DNA of 64,000 bases from Nitrososphaerota archaeon (GTDB lineage: Archaea; Thermoproteota; Nitrososphaeria; Nitrososphaerales; JAAOZN01), in NCBI GenBank assembly GCA_011605775.1, contig JAAOZN010000092.1, positions 547-64,546 of the forward strand, given 5' to 3'. The notes under the pieces were generated by a model, which did not search any database, was not told the origin of the DNA, and saw nothing but the letters and a program-made list of their open reading frames with translations. Of this stretch, positions 55,691-64,000 are shown piece after piece (the stretch's first letter is position 1; each line of letters begins with the position of its first letter). A program made the translations under genes and the position numbers.

Positions 55691-57235
55691 TCACCCTCCT
55701 AGCAGAATCTTAACAGCGGGGAAGAGGCGCTCAGTAAACAGCGTCGGGTAAATCCCAATAAGCAGCCCAACAACAGCTAAGAAGAGCAGAGGCACGGTAA
55801 TCGTTGGGGGCGCCTCCCTTACCTCATGTAGATTCTCGGGCAGTCTGCCGAAGAAGATCCTCTTCATCGTCCACAGTGAGTAGCCGGCTGTTAAAGGTGT
55901 GGCGAAGAGCGCTATGCCGCTTATGATCAGTTTCGCCAAGTCTCCTCGCTCTATCGCGCCTGCAAATGAGCCGTAGAAGATCATCCACTCAGACTGGAAG
56001 CCGTTGGTTGGTGGGATGCCCATTATGGTTAGGAAGCCTAGTAGGGCTGCTGTAGCAGTTATAGGCAGTCTTCGAGCCAAGCCGCCCATCTTACTTATGC
56101 TTCTTAACCCGTGTGCTTGGAGGATTATGCATCCCGCTGTCATGAAGAGGATAGCTTTGCCTGTGCCGTGGCTGACATACTGCAGCACAGAGCCAGAGAC
56201 TCCTATGTAGTAGGCTGAGGCGACGCCGAAGATTATGTAGCCCATCTGGCTTACACTTGAATATGCTAGGAGCCTCTTCACATCATCCTGCATAAGCGCC
56301 ATCAAACCTCCGTAGATGATTGTAACAAGACCCCAGATGCTTATGGCGAAGAAGATGTATTCGTATGCTGAAGGTAGGAGGTAGAGTAGGATTCTCAGAT
56401 AGGCGTAGCCTCCTATACCGATCATCGCTGGTGAAAGCAAGGCGCTTATGGGTGTGGGTGCTTCAGCGTGCGCATAGGGGAGCCAGATGTGCAGACCGAA
56501 TGAGGCAAGCTTAACAAAGAGCCCAACCGTTATGAGGATGGCTATCGCTTGTATGTATCCGAAGGGGATCGATAGGGTATCGATATTCTTCACCAACTCT
56601 CCGCTAGGTAGAAGGGTGACCATATCGAAGGTCAGGGCCCTACCACTATACCAAGACGAGAGGAAAGCTGTGGTCAGGATCCCGGCTAAGAGAAGTAGGG
56701 CGCCTACGTGAGTCCAGAGGAAGTACATTAGAGAGATCTTGGCTCTGTCTCCGTAGCCGAACTCCGCTATCAGAAGGTATGATGGAATCAGCATAATTTC
56801 GAAGAATATGTAGAATTGGATGAGGTTCGTAGCAAGAACCGTACCGAGCATACCAGCAGCGTAGACTAGGTAGAGCAGATGGTAGATTCCGTGCTTTGAG
56901 TTTGCGGCTTGCTGATCTTTAACCTCTTCTTCGATTCGATGCTTCATATAAGGTATGGAGTAGACCGCTAGGACTGTTGATAGTAGGTAGATGGTTATCG
57001 CAAAGGGTAGGCTTAGCCCATCTAATCTGAGCCCAAATACCCCGAAAGGCTGCCAAAAGTAGAGTTCAAAGTAGTCTGGGCTGAGAGAAGCTGAGTAGAT
57101 GAGGAGGAGGGTAGAGTAGGCTAAGATTGCGAATGAGAACCAACCAACCCTACTACCTATCCTCCTCCCAACCAGATAGACGATCGGTGAAAGCACAATA
57201 GGTAAGAAGACAGCTTGGAGAAGAGGATTTATCAT
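55691..57235 (-). CDS. nuoM: second NuoM-like antiporter subunit
   Basis: FYIFFEIMLIPSYLLI and WLPYAHAEAP. Located between nuoK and nuoL. Confidence 0.7.
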   Translation of the reverse strand: MINPLLQAVFLPIVLSPIVYLVGRRIGSRVGWFSFAILAYSTLLLIYSASLSPDYFELYFWQPFGVFGLRLDGLSLPFAITIYLLSTVLAVYSIPYMKHRIEEEVKDQQAANSKHGIYHLLYLVYAAGMLGTVLATNLIQFYIFFEIMLIPSYLLIAEFGYGDRAKISLMYFLWTHVGALLLLAGILTTAFLSSWYSGRALTFDMVTLLPSGELVKNIDTLSIPFGYIQAIAILITVGLFVKLASFGLHIWLPYAHAEAPTPISALLSPAMIGIGGYAYLRILLYLLPSAYEYIFFAISIWGLVTIIYGGLMALMQDDVKRLLAYSSVSQMGYIIFGVASAYYIGVSGSVLQYVSHGTGKAILFMTAGCIILQAHGLRSISKMGGLARRLPITATAALLGFLTIMGIPPTNGFQSEWMIFYGSFAGAIERGDLAKLIISGIALFATPLTAGYSLWTMKRIFFGRLPENLHEVREAPPTITVPLLFLAVVGLLIGIYPTLFTERLFPAVKILLGG

Positions 57236-57241
57236 AGACTC

Positions 57242-57550
57242 CTACCCCCTCAACCCCTTAATTTCCGACACATCAACATCCTTCCTCAACCTAAAGACCG
57301 CTAAGATTATCGCCAACCCGACAGCAGCTTCAGCTGCAGCCAAAGCTATGGAGAACATAGCCAACGATTGCCCAGTGACCGTGGTGGGGTGAAGGTAGCG
57401 TGTAAAGGCTACGAAGTTTAGGTTGGCCGCGTTTATTAGAATCTCGACCGCGAAGAGCATCCTCAACGCATTCTTCTTAGTAACCAGACCATAGACGCCT
57501 ATAGCAAAGAGCGCAGCGGAGACGAACAAGTAGTTCACAAGCGGCTCCAA
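57242..57550 (-). CDS. nuoK: NADH-quinone oxidoreductase subunit K
   Basis: 3 TM. LFAVEILINAANLNFVAF. I place the start at the TTG at 57550, right after the nuoJ stop. Confidence 0.75.
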   Translation of the reverse strand: MEPLVNYLFVSAALFAIGVYGLVTKKNALRMLFAVEILINAANLNFVAFTRYLHPTTVTGQSLAMFSIALAAAEAAVGLAIILAVFRLRKDVDVSEIKGLRG

Positions 57551-57551
57551 C

Positions 57552-58040
57552 TCAATCCCTCTCCAGCTTAGCCAAGACCACAGCACCGATCACAGCAGAG
57601 GCTAAGACGAGAGCTAAGGTGATGAAGGCGAACCAATATTCTGATAGGATCTGCGAACCTATGAGCGTAAAGGGTGCTTGCTCAACAGATGAGGTGACGT
57701 GTGTTATCGTCGATGCGTAGACCAAGTAGCCCAAGCCCAGGGCGACTATGATGGCAACTAACACACCGAGCACACTATGCACACCCTCCTTAGCCTTAAG
57801 CCACTGCTCTCTCCGCACAAGCATAACTGTAAAGAGAATAAGTACAGCGATCGCCCCAACATATACTGTAAGCTGAAACATCGCTAAGAAGACCGCGTCA
57901 AGAAGCGCGAAGAAGCCTGCAATCCCAACAAAAGAGAGGGATAGCGCTATGGCGCCGTAAACGACCTCCTTGGCCTCTAAAGCTAGTATGGCTGATATTA
58001 CGGTTATTATGGCAAGCAGAGCGAAGGCGACATCAATCAA
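57552..58040 (-). CDS. nuoJ: NADH-quinone oxidoreductase subunit J
   Basis: 5-TM pattern. TTG at 58040 preceded by GGTGAT. The upstream ORF extension overlaps nuoH. Confidence 0.7.
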   Translation of the reverse strand: MIDVAFALLAIITVISAILALEAKEVVYGAIALSLSFVGIAGFFALLDAVFLAMFQLTVYVGAIAVLILFTVMLVRREQWLKAKEGVHSVLGVLVAIIVALGLGYLVYASTITHVTSSVEQAPFTLIGSQILSEYWFAFITLALVLASAVIGAVVLAKLERD

Positions 58041-58054
58041 CCCTTTATCACCTT

Positions 58055-59200
58055 CTATGGTTTGAATCCTCCTAAGACGACGGCTGCTGCTATAACCAGA
58101 TTTATGAGGGCGAGTATGAAGTATCTCGCCCAACTCTGCTTCAGCAGTAGATCTATTCTTAGCCTCGGGAAGACACCTCTGGGTATGAGTAGGAAGGTTG
58201 TGACGATGAATGCTTTAAATATGAACCAGAAGTCTGGTGGTAGAGGCTGAGGACCTAACCAACCACCTAAGAAGAGTAGGGTAAAGAGAGCTGAGAGTAC
58301 ATAGAGTTTTATGTAGACCGCTATACCCAATATCAACCCGAAGTTCATACCACCATATTCGGTCAACCAACCTGAAACCAGCTCAGGCTCGGCTTCAGGT
58401 AGATCAAAAGGTATCCGCTCGAGCTCAGCCAAAGAGCAGATGTAGAAGGTCAAAGCGGAGATCGGGGCTAGCAGAATGAACCAGAGGCTCGACTGCTTCT
58501 CCACGATATCGAGTAGGTTCAGCGAGCCGGTGAGTACTACAGGTGTAAGTACAGAGAGTATGAGGGGAATCTCATACGCAACCATCTGGTGCAACGCTCT
58601 TAGCCCTCCGAGCATTGGATACCTGCTGTTAGAGGACCAAGCAGCCATCAAAGCAGTTAGAGGAAAGAAAGCGAGCACAGCGAAGATAACTAAAACACCG
58701 ACATCAGACCGGGCGATCACCCACCTTTCAGTAACGGGTATAACAGCAACAGCAGCTGTAGCGATCGTCACAGTTAGTATTGGTGCGAGGATAAAGAAGA
58801 ATCGGTCAACCACCTTAGGGATAACCAGCTCTTTAGAGAGAAGCTTCATCACATCTGCGATAGGCTGAAGAATACCCTCGAACTTACCCGCATACAAGGG
58901 GCCTACCCGTAGCTGCATCTTAGCCAAGAGCTTCCTCTCCCATAAACCAGCTATAGCAGCATAGAGCGCTACAAACGTAAACCCAGGGAAGACCACTATT
59001 CTAAAAAAGTCTGTATCCATAAGCGCGAATGTGAAGGCTAATGCTTCCTGAGGGTTGATCAGCATAGAGGGCGTAATAGGTAAGCTTGGACCAATCAAGT
59101 AGTACGCTGCTGAAATCAGAATTAATCCTAAGACCAGGATGACTAATACCAAAACCACTATTCTAATTAAGAATCCTATGAGGGTTCTGATCATGGGCAT
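58055..59200 (-). CDS. nuoH: NADH-quinone oxidoreductase subunit H
   Basis: AERKLLAKMQLRVGP-type segment (WERKLLAKMQLRVGPLY) and FDLPEAEPELVSG. Confidence 0.85.
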   Translation of the reverse strand: MPMIRTLIGFLIRIVVLVLVILVLGLILISAAYYLIGPSLPITPSMLINPQEALAFTFALMDTDFFRIVVFPGFTFVALYAAIAGLWERKLLAKMQLRVGPLYAGKFEGILQPIADVMKLLSKELVIPKVVDRFFFILAPILTVTIATAAVAVIPVTERWVIARSDVGVLVIFAVLAFFPLTALMAAWSSNSRYPMLGGLRALHQMVAYEIPLILSVLTPVVLTGSLNLLDIVEKQSSLWFILLAPISALTFYICSLAELERIPFDLPEAEPELVSGWLTEYGGMNFGLILGIAVYIKLYVLSALFTLLFLGGWLGPQPLPPDFWFIFKAFIVTTFLLIPRGVFPRLRIDLLLKQSWARYFILALINLVIAAAVVLGGFKP

Positions 59201-59245
59201 AAAACCACCTCTAGAGTAAAGAGGGGATGAGGGAAACTGGTTTGT

Positions 59246-59614
59246 TCACCATAGCTCACGCCTCGCTGCATGATAAAGCGTAAAGGCTAATGGGATCAGC
59301 AAAATGCCGATAAACAGGATTACAGCTAAGAGCCCACCTAGCCCAGCGTTAGATATGGAGGTACCCCAGGCGAAGAGAAACATAGACATCACGTCGAAGG
59401 CAACGAACATAAGTAGGTAAGCGTAGTACTGCATCATTAATGAGAGCTTACCTGCGCCGCTTGGTATCTGACCGCATTCGTACTGCGTTTCTTTTGGCTT
59501 ATTGGGTTTCTTAGGTGCGATTATTAATGGTATGATAAGCATAGGCACAGAAGCTGCAACCGCAAAACCAGCGGTGTATAAAATTAATAGTAGATCCGAG
59601 CCCATGCCCCTCAA
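59246..59614 (-). CDS. nuoA: NADH-quinone oxidoreductase subunit A
   Basis: YECG and the FDV motif (VAFDVMSMFLF), 3 TM. Confidence 0.75.
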   Translation of the reverse strand: MRGMGSDLLLILYTAGFAVAASVPMLIIPLIIAPKKPNKPKETQYECGQIPSGAGKLSLMMQYYAYLLMFVAFDVMSMFLFAWGTSISNAGLGGLLAVILFIGILLIPLAFTLYHAARRELW

Positions 59615-59695
59615 ATCCTCCTACTAAAACCATATTTAAGGCTTGACATTCACACTATGTAGAAAGGGTTTTATCCAAGCGAGGTAGAGGTAGGC

Positions 59696-59980
59696 ATGAT
59701 GCCAATACACCTCTCTAAGAAGGGTGATGTGCTCGAAGTCAGCCTCGTAAACGAAGATGTAGCGTTAGCCGACATAATACACCACGAGCTTCTAAAGGAT
59801 GACAAGGTGATATTTGCTGGGGTCGCTCCTACTCATCCTCTATTGGCTGAAACCAAGCTAATTATTCAAAGTAAAGAAGATCCTACTAAGACCTTGTTGG
59901 CAAGCGCAGAAAGAGCCGCTGCGACGATAAAAGAGATGCTGGACAAAACTGAATCTAGTCTGAAGAAGGGAGGTGTGTGA
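59696..59980 (+). CDS. rpoL: DNA-directed RNA polymerase subunit L (Rpo11)
   Basis: 94 aa. L.V.L.NEDVALADIIHHELLKD..V.FAGV...HPL is typical of RpoL. Confidence 0.75.
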   Translation: MMPIHLSKKGDVLEVSLVNEDVALADIIHHELLKDDKVIFAGVAPTHPLLAETKLIIQSKEDPTKTLLASAERAAATIKEMLDKTESSLKKGGV

Positions 59981-60327
59981 AGATGAAGTTCTGCCCTAAG
60001 TGTGGAACGAAGCTAAGGTATAGGCAGGTGAAGACCGAGGGGAAGAGCGAACCCGCTTTAGCGTGTGATAAATGTGGCTACTGGGAGCCTATAGCGAAGA
60101 GTACCACAAAACCAGTGCTAAAGGAGGCAGAAGGTGAAGGGGTGATTAAGGTCGTTGGGGATGAGGAGAGGGAGATCAAGACGATGCCCACCACAACGAT
60201 AGAGTGTCCCAGATGCCACAATAATGAAGCGTACTGGTGGTTTCTGCAAACGAGAGGTAGAGATGAGCCTACCACACAGTTTTACCGATGCACGAAGTGT
60301 GAATATACTTGGAGGCTCTACGCTTAG
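59977..60327 (+). CDS. tfs: transcription factor S / RpoM-like
   Basis: N-terminal ribbon CPKCG..CDKCG. C-terminal ribbon CPRC...QTRGRDEPTTQFYRCTKC with the acidic DE loop. Confidence 0.75.
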   Translation: MKMKFCPKCGTKLRYRQVKTEGKSEPALACDKCGYWEPIAKSTTKPVLKEAEGEGVIKVVGDEEREIKTMPTTTIECPRCHNNEAYWWFLQTRGRDEPTTQFYRCTKCEYTWRLYA

Positions 60328-60815
60328 AGCTGCAGATCTCCGAACCGCTTTATATAAGGTATCAGCCCACCTACTTCTAAAATCTTCTTCATAGTATCGG
60401 GCAAAGGTGGGAAGCGAATCTCCAAACCTTTTGTGTGGTTAACCACTACTCCTGCTGAAAGGTCTAGTGACAGGGTGTCCCCATCCTCTATCAGAGAAGT
60501 GTCACAGATCACAGCAGGCAGACCTATGTTAATGGCGTTTCTGTAGAAGATTCTAGCGAAAGATTTAGCCAGCACTGCCTCTACACCCACAAGCTTTATT
60601 ATAGTGGGGGCGTGCTCTCGGCTCGAGCCTGATCCGAAGTTGACACCAGCAACCACGAAGTCACCCTTCTTCACATTTAAGGGGAACTCTGGCCTAGCAT
60701 CCTCAAGCACGTGCTTAGCCAACTCCTCTAAATTGGAGCGGAGATGGAAGTATCTACCAGGCGCTATATGATCTGTGGTTATATTATCCCCAAACTTCCA
60801 CGCCCTACCAGCCAA
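60324..60815 (-). CDS. leuD: 3-isopropylmalate/homoaconitate dehydratase small subunit
   Basis: GDNITTDHI and NFGSGSSREHA. Confidence 0.85.
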   Translation of the reverse strand: MAGRAWKFGDNITTDHIAPGRYFHLRSNLEELAKHVLEDARPEFPLNVKKGDFVVAGVNFGSGSSREHAPTIIKLVGVEAVLAKSFARIFYRNAINIGLPAVICDTSLIEDGDTLSLDLSAGVVVNHTKGLEIRFPPLPDTMKKILEVGGLIPYIKRFGDLQL

Positions 60816-62069
60816 CTACACCACATCCCTAGGGTCTGCAATCCTACCTTTTAAGGCGGTCGCGGCGGCGGTGGCTGGAGAACCAAGATAGGTGTATGCA
60901 GCTGGGTTACCCGTTCTACCCAAGAAGTTGCGATTGGTCGTTGTGAAAATAACTTCGCCGTCAGCAGGGATTCCTCCTAATGCGCCGAAGCATAAGCCGC
61001 AGCCCGGTGGTGTTATTAAAGCGCCTGCCTCGATCAGCGTACTTAACGTGCCATCAGCCATCGCTTTGATGTAGATCTCTTTTGAGGCTGGTGTAACTAT
61101 CAACCTTGTTTCTGGGTGGATCTGCTTACCCTTAAGCACCGACGCCGCCACATGAAGATCTTCAAGCCTTGCGTTGGTACAGCTGCCTATGAAGACCAGG
61201 TCCACCTTGACCCCCTTAACCTCGCTTACTGGCTTGACATTATCTACAGAATGTGGGCACGCAACCTGCGGTTCAAGCGCTGCAGCATCAATCTTGATGA
61301 CACGCTCGTAGGATGCGTTGTCGTCGCTTCTGATCTCTCTGAACTCCTCAACCCTACCCCGTTCAGCTAAGTACTTCTTGGTAACATCGTCAGAGGGTGT
61401 GAAGCCTACTTTAGCACCAGCCTCAACCACCATGTTGCATAAGACCAACCGCTCAGAAATCGGCAGTGAATCTATAGTATCGCCTACGAACTCAAGCGCC
61501 TTATAGGTGGCACCATCTGCGCCGAGCAATCCTATGAGGTGAAGTATGATATCCTTCGCGTACACGCCTTTTTGCAGAGAACCATTAACCTCGACTCTGA
61601 AAGTTTCAGGTACGCGGAGCCACGTCTTGCCGAGTGCTGCGGCCACAGCTACGTCTGTAGCACCCATGCCTGTTGCGAACGCTGCTAGTGCACCTGCTGT
61701 AACCGTATGTGAATCTGTGCCTACTATGATCTGACCGGGTGAAGCGTAGTATTCAGCCATGAGTTGGTGGCATATCCCTGAGCCTGCTTCGTGAAATCTG
61801 CAACCCGCTTCAGCAGCAAACCTCCGCAAGGCGCTCTGCTCATTCGAGATCTCTTTCCTAGGGCTTGGAACAACGTGATCGATGAAGATTATTGTGCGCA
61901 GGGGGTTATGGAGCTTTGATACACCGAGCTCCTTGAGCTGCTTCAATAATAGTGGTCCGCTTGCGTCGTGTGTAAACACATAATCTACTTTGACGACTGC
62001 CACTTCACCCGCAGACACGCTGCGAGCAGCATGCTCGCTCAAAATCTTTTCAGCGATTGTCTTACCCAA
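60816..62069 (-). CDS. leuC: 3-isopropylmalate/homoaconitate dehydratase large subunit
   Basis: Aconitase-family motifs: GTDSHT, IGSCTNAR, and the Cys ligands GCGLC. Confidence 0.85.
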   Translation of the reverse strand: MGKTIAEKILSEHAARSVSAGEVAVVKVDYVFTHDASGPLLLKQLKELGVSKLHNPLRTIIFIDHVVPSPRKEISNEQSALRRFAAEAGCRFHEAGSGICHQLMAEYYASPGQIIVGTDSHTVTAGALAAFATGMGATDVAVAAALGKTWLRVPETFRVEVNGSLQKGVYAKDIILHLIGLLGADGATYKALEFVGDTIDSLPISERLVLCNMVVEAGAKVGFTPSDDVTKKYLAERGRVEEFREIRSDDNASYERVIKIDAAALEPQVACPHSVDNVKPVSEVKGVKVDLVFIGSCTNARLEDLHVAASVLKGKQIHPETRLIVTPASKEIYIKAMADGTLSTLIEAGALITPPGCGLCFGALGGIPADGEVIFTTTNRNFLGRTGNPAAYTYLGSPATAAATALKGRIADPRDVV

Positions 62070-62162
62070 CCCGCTACCCCAACCTGTTAGCCATTATATA
62101 AATTGCTTCGTTGCTTACTATAATCTTTTCTGAGTAAGCGCTGCTTGGGTTAAACTTACGTA

Positions 62163-63110
62163 GTGGCTGAAAACGGCTTAGAGACAATCACTTATATAAC
62201 AGGGCATTACGCATCCAGACCGATGCTTGAGGTTACTTCTCAACTTACCCTCCTCGGATGGACATTTGTAGCCGGCTTCCTAGGTGCTCTTATGGGAATA
62301 GGAGGTGGAATAATTATCGTACCAGCTCTAACAATAATATTCGGAGTTCCGATAAAGGAGGCTATCGCGATAAGTATCGTTACGGTCGTAGCTACAAGCA
62401 TATCAGGAGGCTCTTCATATGTTGAGCAGAGAATCACTAATATCCGCCTAGCCATCTTCTTAGAGACCTCAACAACAATAGGTGCGTTCATCGGCGCTCT
62501 ACTCGTCTTGATCGTCTCAGGGAACTACTTGTATGTGGTATTTGCGTTACTAGCCTTCTATCTCGCCCTTTCTCAGATACTCTCAGTTAAGAGGGAGGTC
62601 AAGAGGACCGAAAGCAACGACTTTATGAATATAAGCCAGGACAGGGTCTCAAAGTACTTTAATCTTAGAGGAGATTACTTCGATATGTCTATCAATCATA
62701 AGGTAGAATACCTTGTCAAAAACTCTATCATAGGTTGGATAGTGTCATTCCTCGCAGGCTTAGGCTCTGGTTTGCTTGGTGTAGGAGGGGGCATATTCAA
62801 AGTTTCTGTAATGAACATATTCATGAATGTGCCGCTTAAGGCTGCTGTTGCTACAAGCAAGTTTATGATAGGGGTAACAGCAGCGACAAGCGCCATATTA
62901 TATTTTGTAGCGGGACTTCTAAACTTAGAGTATATAGCGCCAGCAGCATTAGGCACTATGTTAGGTGCGAGCGTTGGGACCGCTTTGATGAATAGGATCA
63001 GGGTTAAGTGGCTGAAAGTCTTCTTTTTCCTTCTCATGTGCTACATTGGCTACAACATGCTCGGCAAGGGTCTGCTTCTCACGCTTGGCTTGAGGCTGCC
63101 ACTTATCTGA
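62163..63110 (+). CDS. TauE/SafE (TSUP) family anion exporter
   Basis: Internally duplicated 4+4 TM protein with GIGGG and GVGGG motifs. Confidence 0.7.
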   Translation: MAENGLETITYITGHYASRPMLEVTSQLTLLGWTFVAGFLGALMGIGGGIIIVPALTIIFGVPIKEAIAISIVTVVATSISGGSSYVEQRITNIRLAIFLETSTTIGAFIGALLVLIVSGNYLYVVFALLAFYLALSQILSVKREVKRTESNDFMNISQDRVSKYFNLRGDYFDMSINHKVEYLVKNSIIGWIVSFLAGLGSGLLGVGGGIFKVSVMNIFMNVPLKAAVATSKFMIGVTAATSAILYFVAGLLNLEYIAPAALGTMLGASVGTALMNRIRVKWLKVFFFLLMCYIGYNMLGKGLLLTLGLRLPLI

Positions 63111-63121
63111 GGTGAGCGGAG

Positions 63122-63418
63122 TTGGATATAAATAAGCCGATCTATCTTGTGCTGATAACTGGGGTTATAATCAGCAGCCTACTATTCGCCTCAGCTTTGG
63201 CGCTACACATCGCTCTGCCAAATATGACAGAAGTGGTTTATACGTTAGCGCTGATGGGTGCTGCTGTACTTATACTCACACCCTACCTAAGGGTTGCTGT
63301 GGCTCTAGGTGCATTCCTCTTTAACAGAGAATATAAGTTTGCGATCTTATCGCTTGTAGTGTTGCTTATGATGGTCATAAGCTTCATATCTGGCTTCGTC
63401 TTCCATATAGCGCCTTGA
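63122..63418 (+). CDS. DUF1634-like small membrane protein (usual TauE partner)
   Basis: 98 aa, 3 TM, immediately downstream of the TSUP gene. Confidence 0.45.
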   Translation: MDINKPIYLVLITGVIISSLLFASALALHIALPNMTEVVYTLALMGAAVLILTPYLRVAVALGAFLFNREYKFAILSLVVLLMMVISFISGFVFHIAP

Positions 63419-63496
63419 TGAGAAAATGTTATTTAGATTAGGAGGAAGAGTGTTTACCATCGAGTGTGTTTGGTGGTGGAAAGGGTGGAGGAGCAG

Positions 63497-64000
63497 ATGT
63501 TTAAACCTAGAGTCGAGGAGAAGCGTTGGGATCATAGGCTAGAAGAGGAGGTCGCAGCGACGTGGGTTGCTGAAGGTGTTTACACGTTCAACCCAGATAC
63601 GGATAAGGAGATCTTCGTTATCGACACTCCTCCGCCCTACCCTTCTGGTAGACCTTGGCACATAGGCGCAGCTTCTCACTACGCTCAGATCGACATGATA
63701 GCTAGAACAGCCCGCATGATGGGTTACGAAACATACTTTCCCATCGGTATCGATCGCAACGGCTTGCCTGTAGAGATCTATACCGAGAGGAAGTATGGGG
63801 TTAAGATGCACGACTTGCCTAGAGAGAAGTTCATAGAGCTCTGTAGGCACGCGCTCGACGAGTTAGAAGCTGAGATGATTGATGTTATGAAGAGCATGGG
63901 GCTAAGCGGAGACTTTGCACACTACTATAGGACAGACTCCATAGAATACAGAAAGTTGACCCAAGAAACCTTCATAGAGCTATGGAATCGGGGGCTGATC
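63497..64000 (+). CDS. valS: valyl-tRNA synthetase, N-terminal part (runs off the window)
   Basis: SD GGTGGAGGAG then ATG at 63497. EKRW...W...VY.F.......FVIDTPPPYPSG.PWHIG (HIGH-like) and FPIGIDRNGLPVE. The open frame continues to 64000. Confidence 0.7.
   Translation, partial: MFKPRVEEKRWDHRLEEEVAATWVAEGVYTFNPDTDKEIFVIDTPPPYPSGRPWHIGAASHYAQIDMIARTARMMGYETYFPIGIDRNGLPVEIYTERKYGVKMHDLPREKFIELCRHALDELEAEMIDVMKSMGLSGDFAHYYRTDSIEYRKLTQETFIELWNRGLI

Noticed and set aside
50577-64000. Numerous 60-130-aa ORFs antisense to the nuo, leuC, TauE and valS genes (for example 63539-63850, 58476-58868, 54390-54662).
   Set aside because: All lie fully inside strongly supported genes on the other strand and have biased, non-protein-like composition.

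Overview
Archaeal chromosomal segment, probably from a TACK-type and possibly thermophilic lineage. Markers include Thi4, aEF-2, EF-1beta, FEN1, CDC48, two thermosome subunits, RpoL/TFS, an ESCRT-III-like protein and tRNA introns at non-canonical positions. About 18 kb (3.0-20.9 kb) is a siphovirus-like integrated element next to the 3' end of a tRNA-Lys(UUU) gene. It carries a head-tail adaptor, tail tube, chaperone, tape measure, distal tail and LamG/discoidin receptor-binding candidates. Its terminase is broken by two frameshifts, and I could not find a portal, capsid, protease or integrase gene. Its right arm holds an accessory cluster: an ABC-ATPase-GNAT fusion, a frameshifted EndoIII-like FeS protein, an RHH protein and an SPPY DNA methyltransferase. 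The rest is host core: ECF transporter, PHI, HD hydrolase, a proteostasis cluster, MFS, nitroreductase, TIM, GDH, GGPP synthase, a membrane-arm-only nuo operon with two NuoM copies and a long NuoL, LeuCD/HacAB, TauE and ValRS. The main finding is that the aEF-2 gene is interrupted by an in-frame TAG inside a near-canonical bulge-helix-bulge (BHB) fold. Cutting it by the same rule that correctly resolves the two tRNA-Lys introns in this window removes exactly 30 nt and restores the canonical ...IRNFGVIAHVDHGKTT G1 region, so this is a candidate endonuclease-spliced intron in an essential protein-coding mRNA. Several other genes carry single-base frameshifts or a nonsense codon, which could be real decay or assembly indels. 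All calls are by-eye motif recognition; no searches were run.
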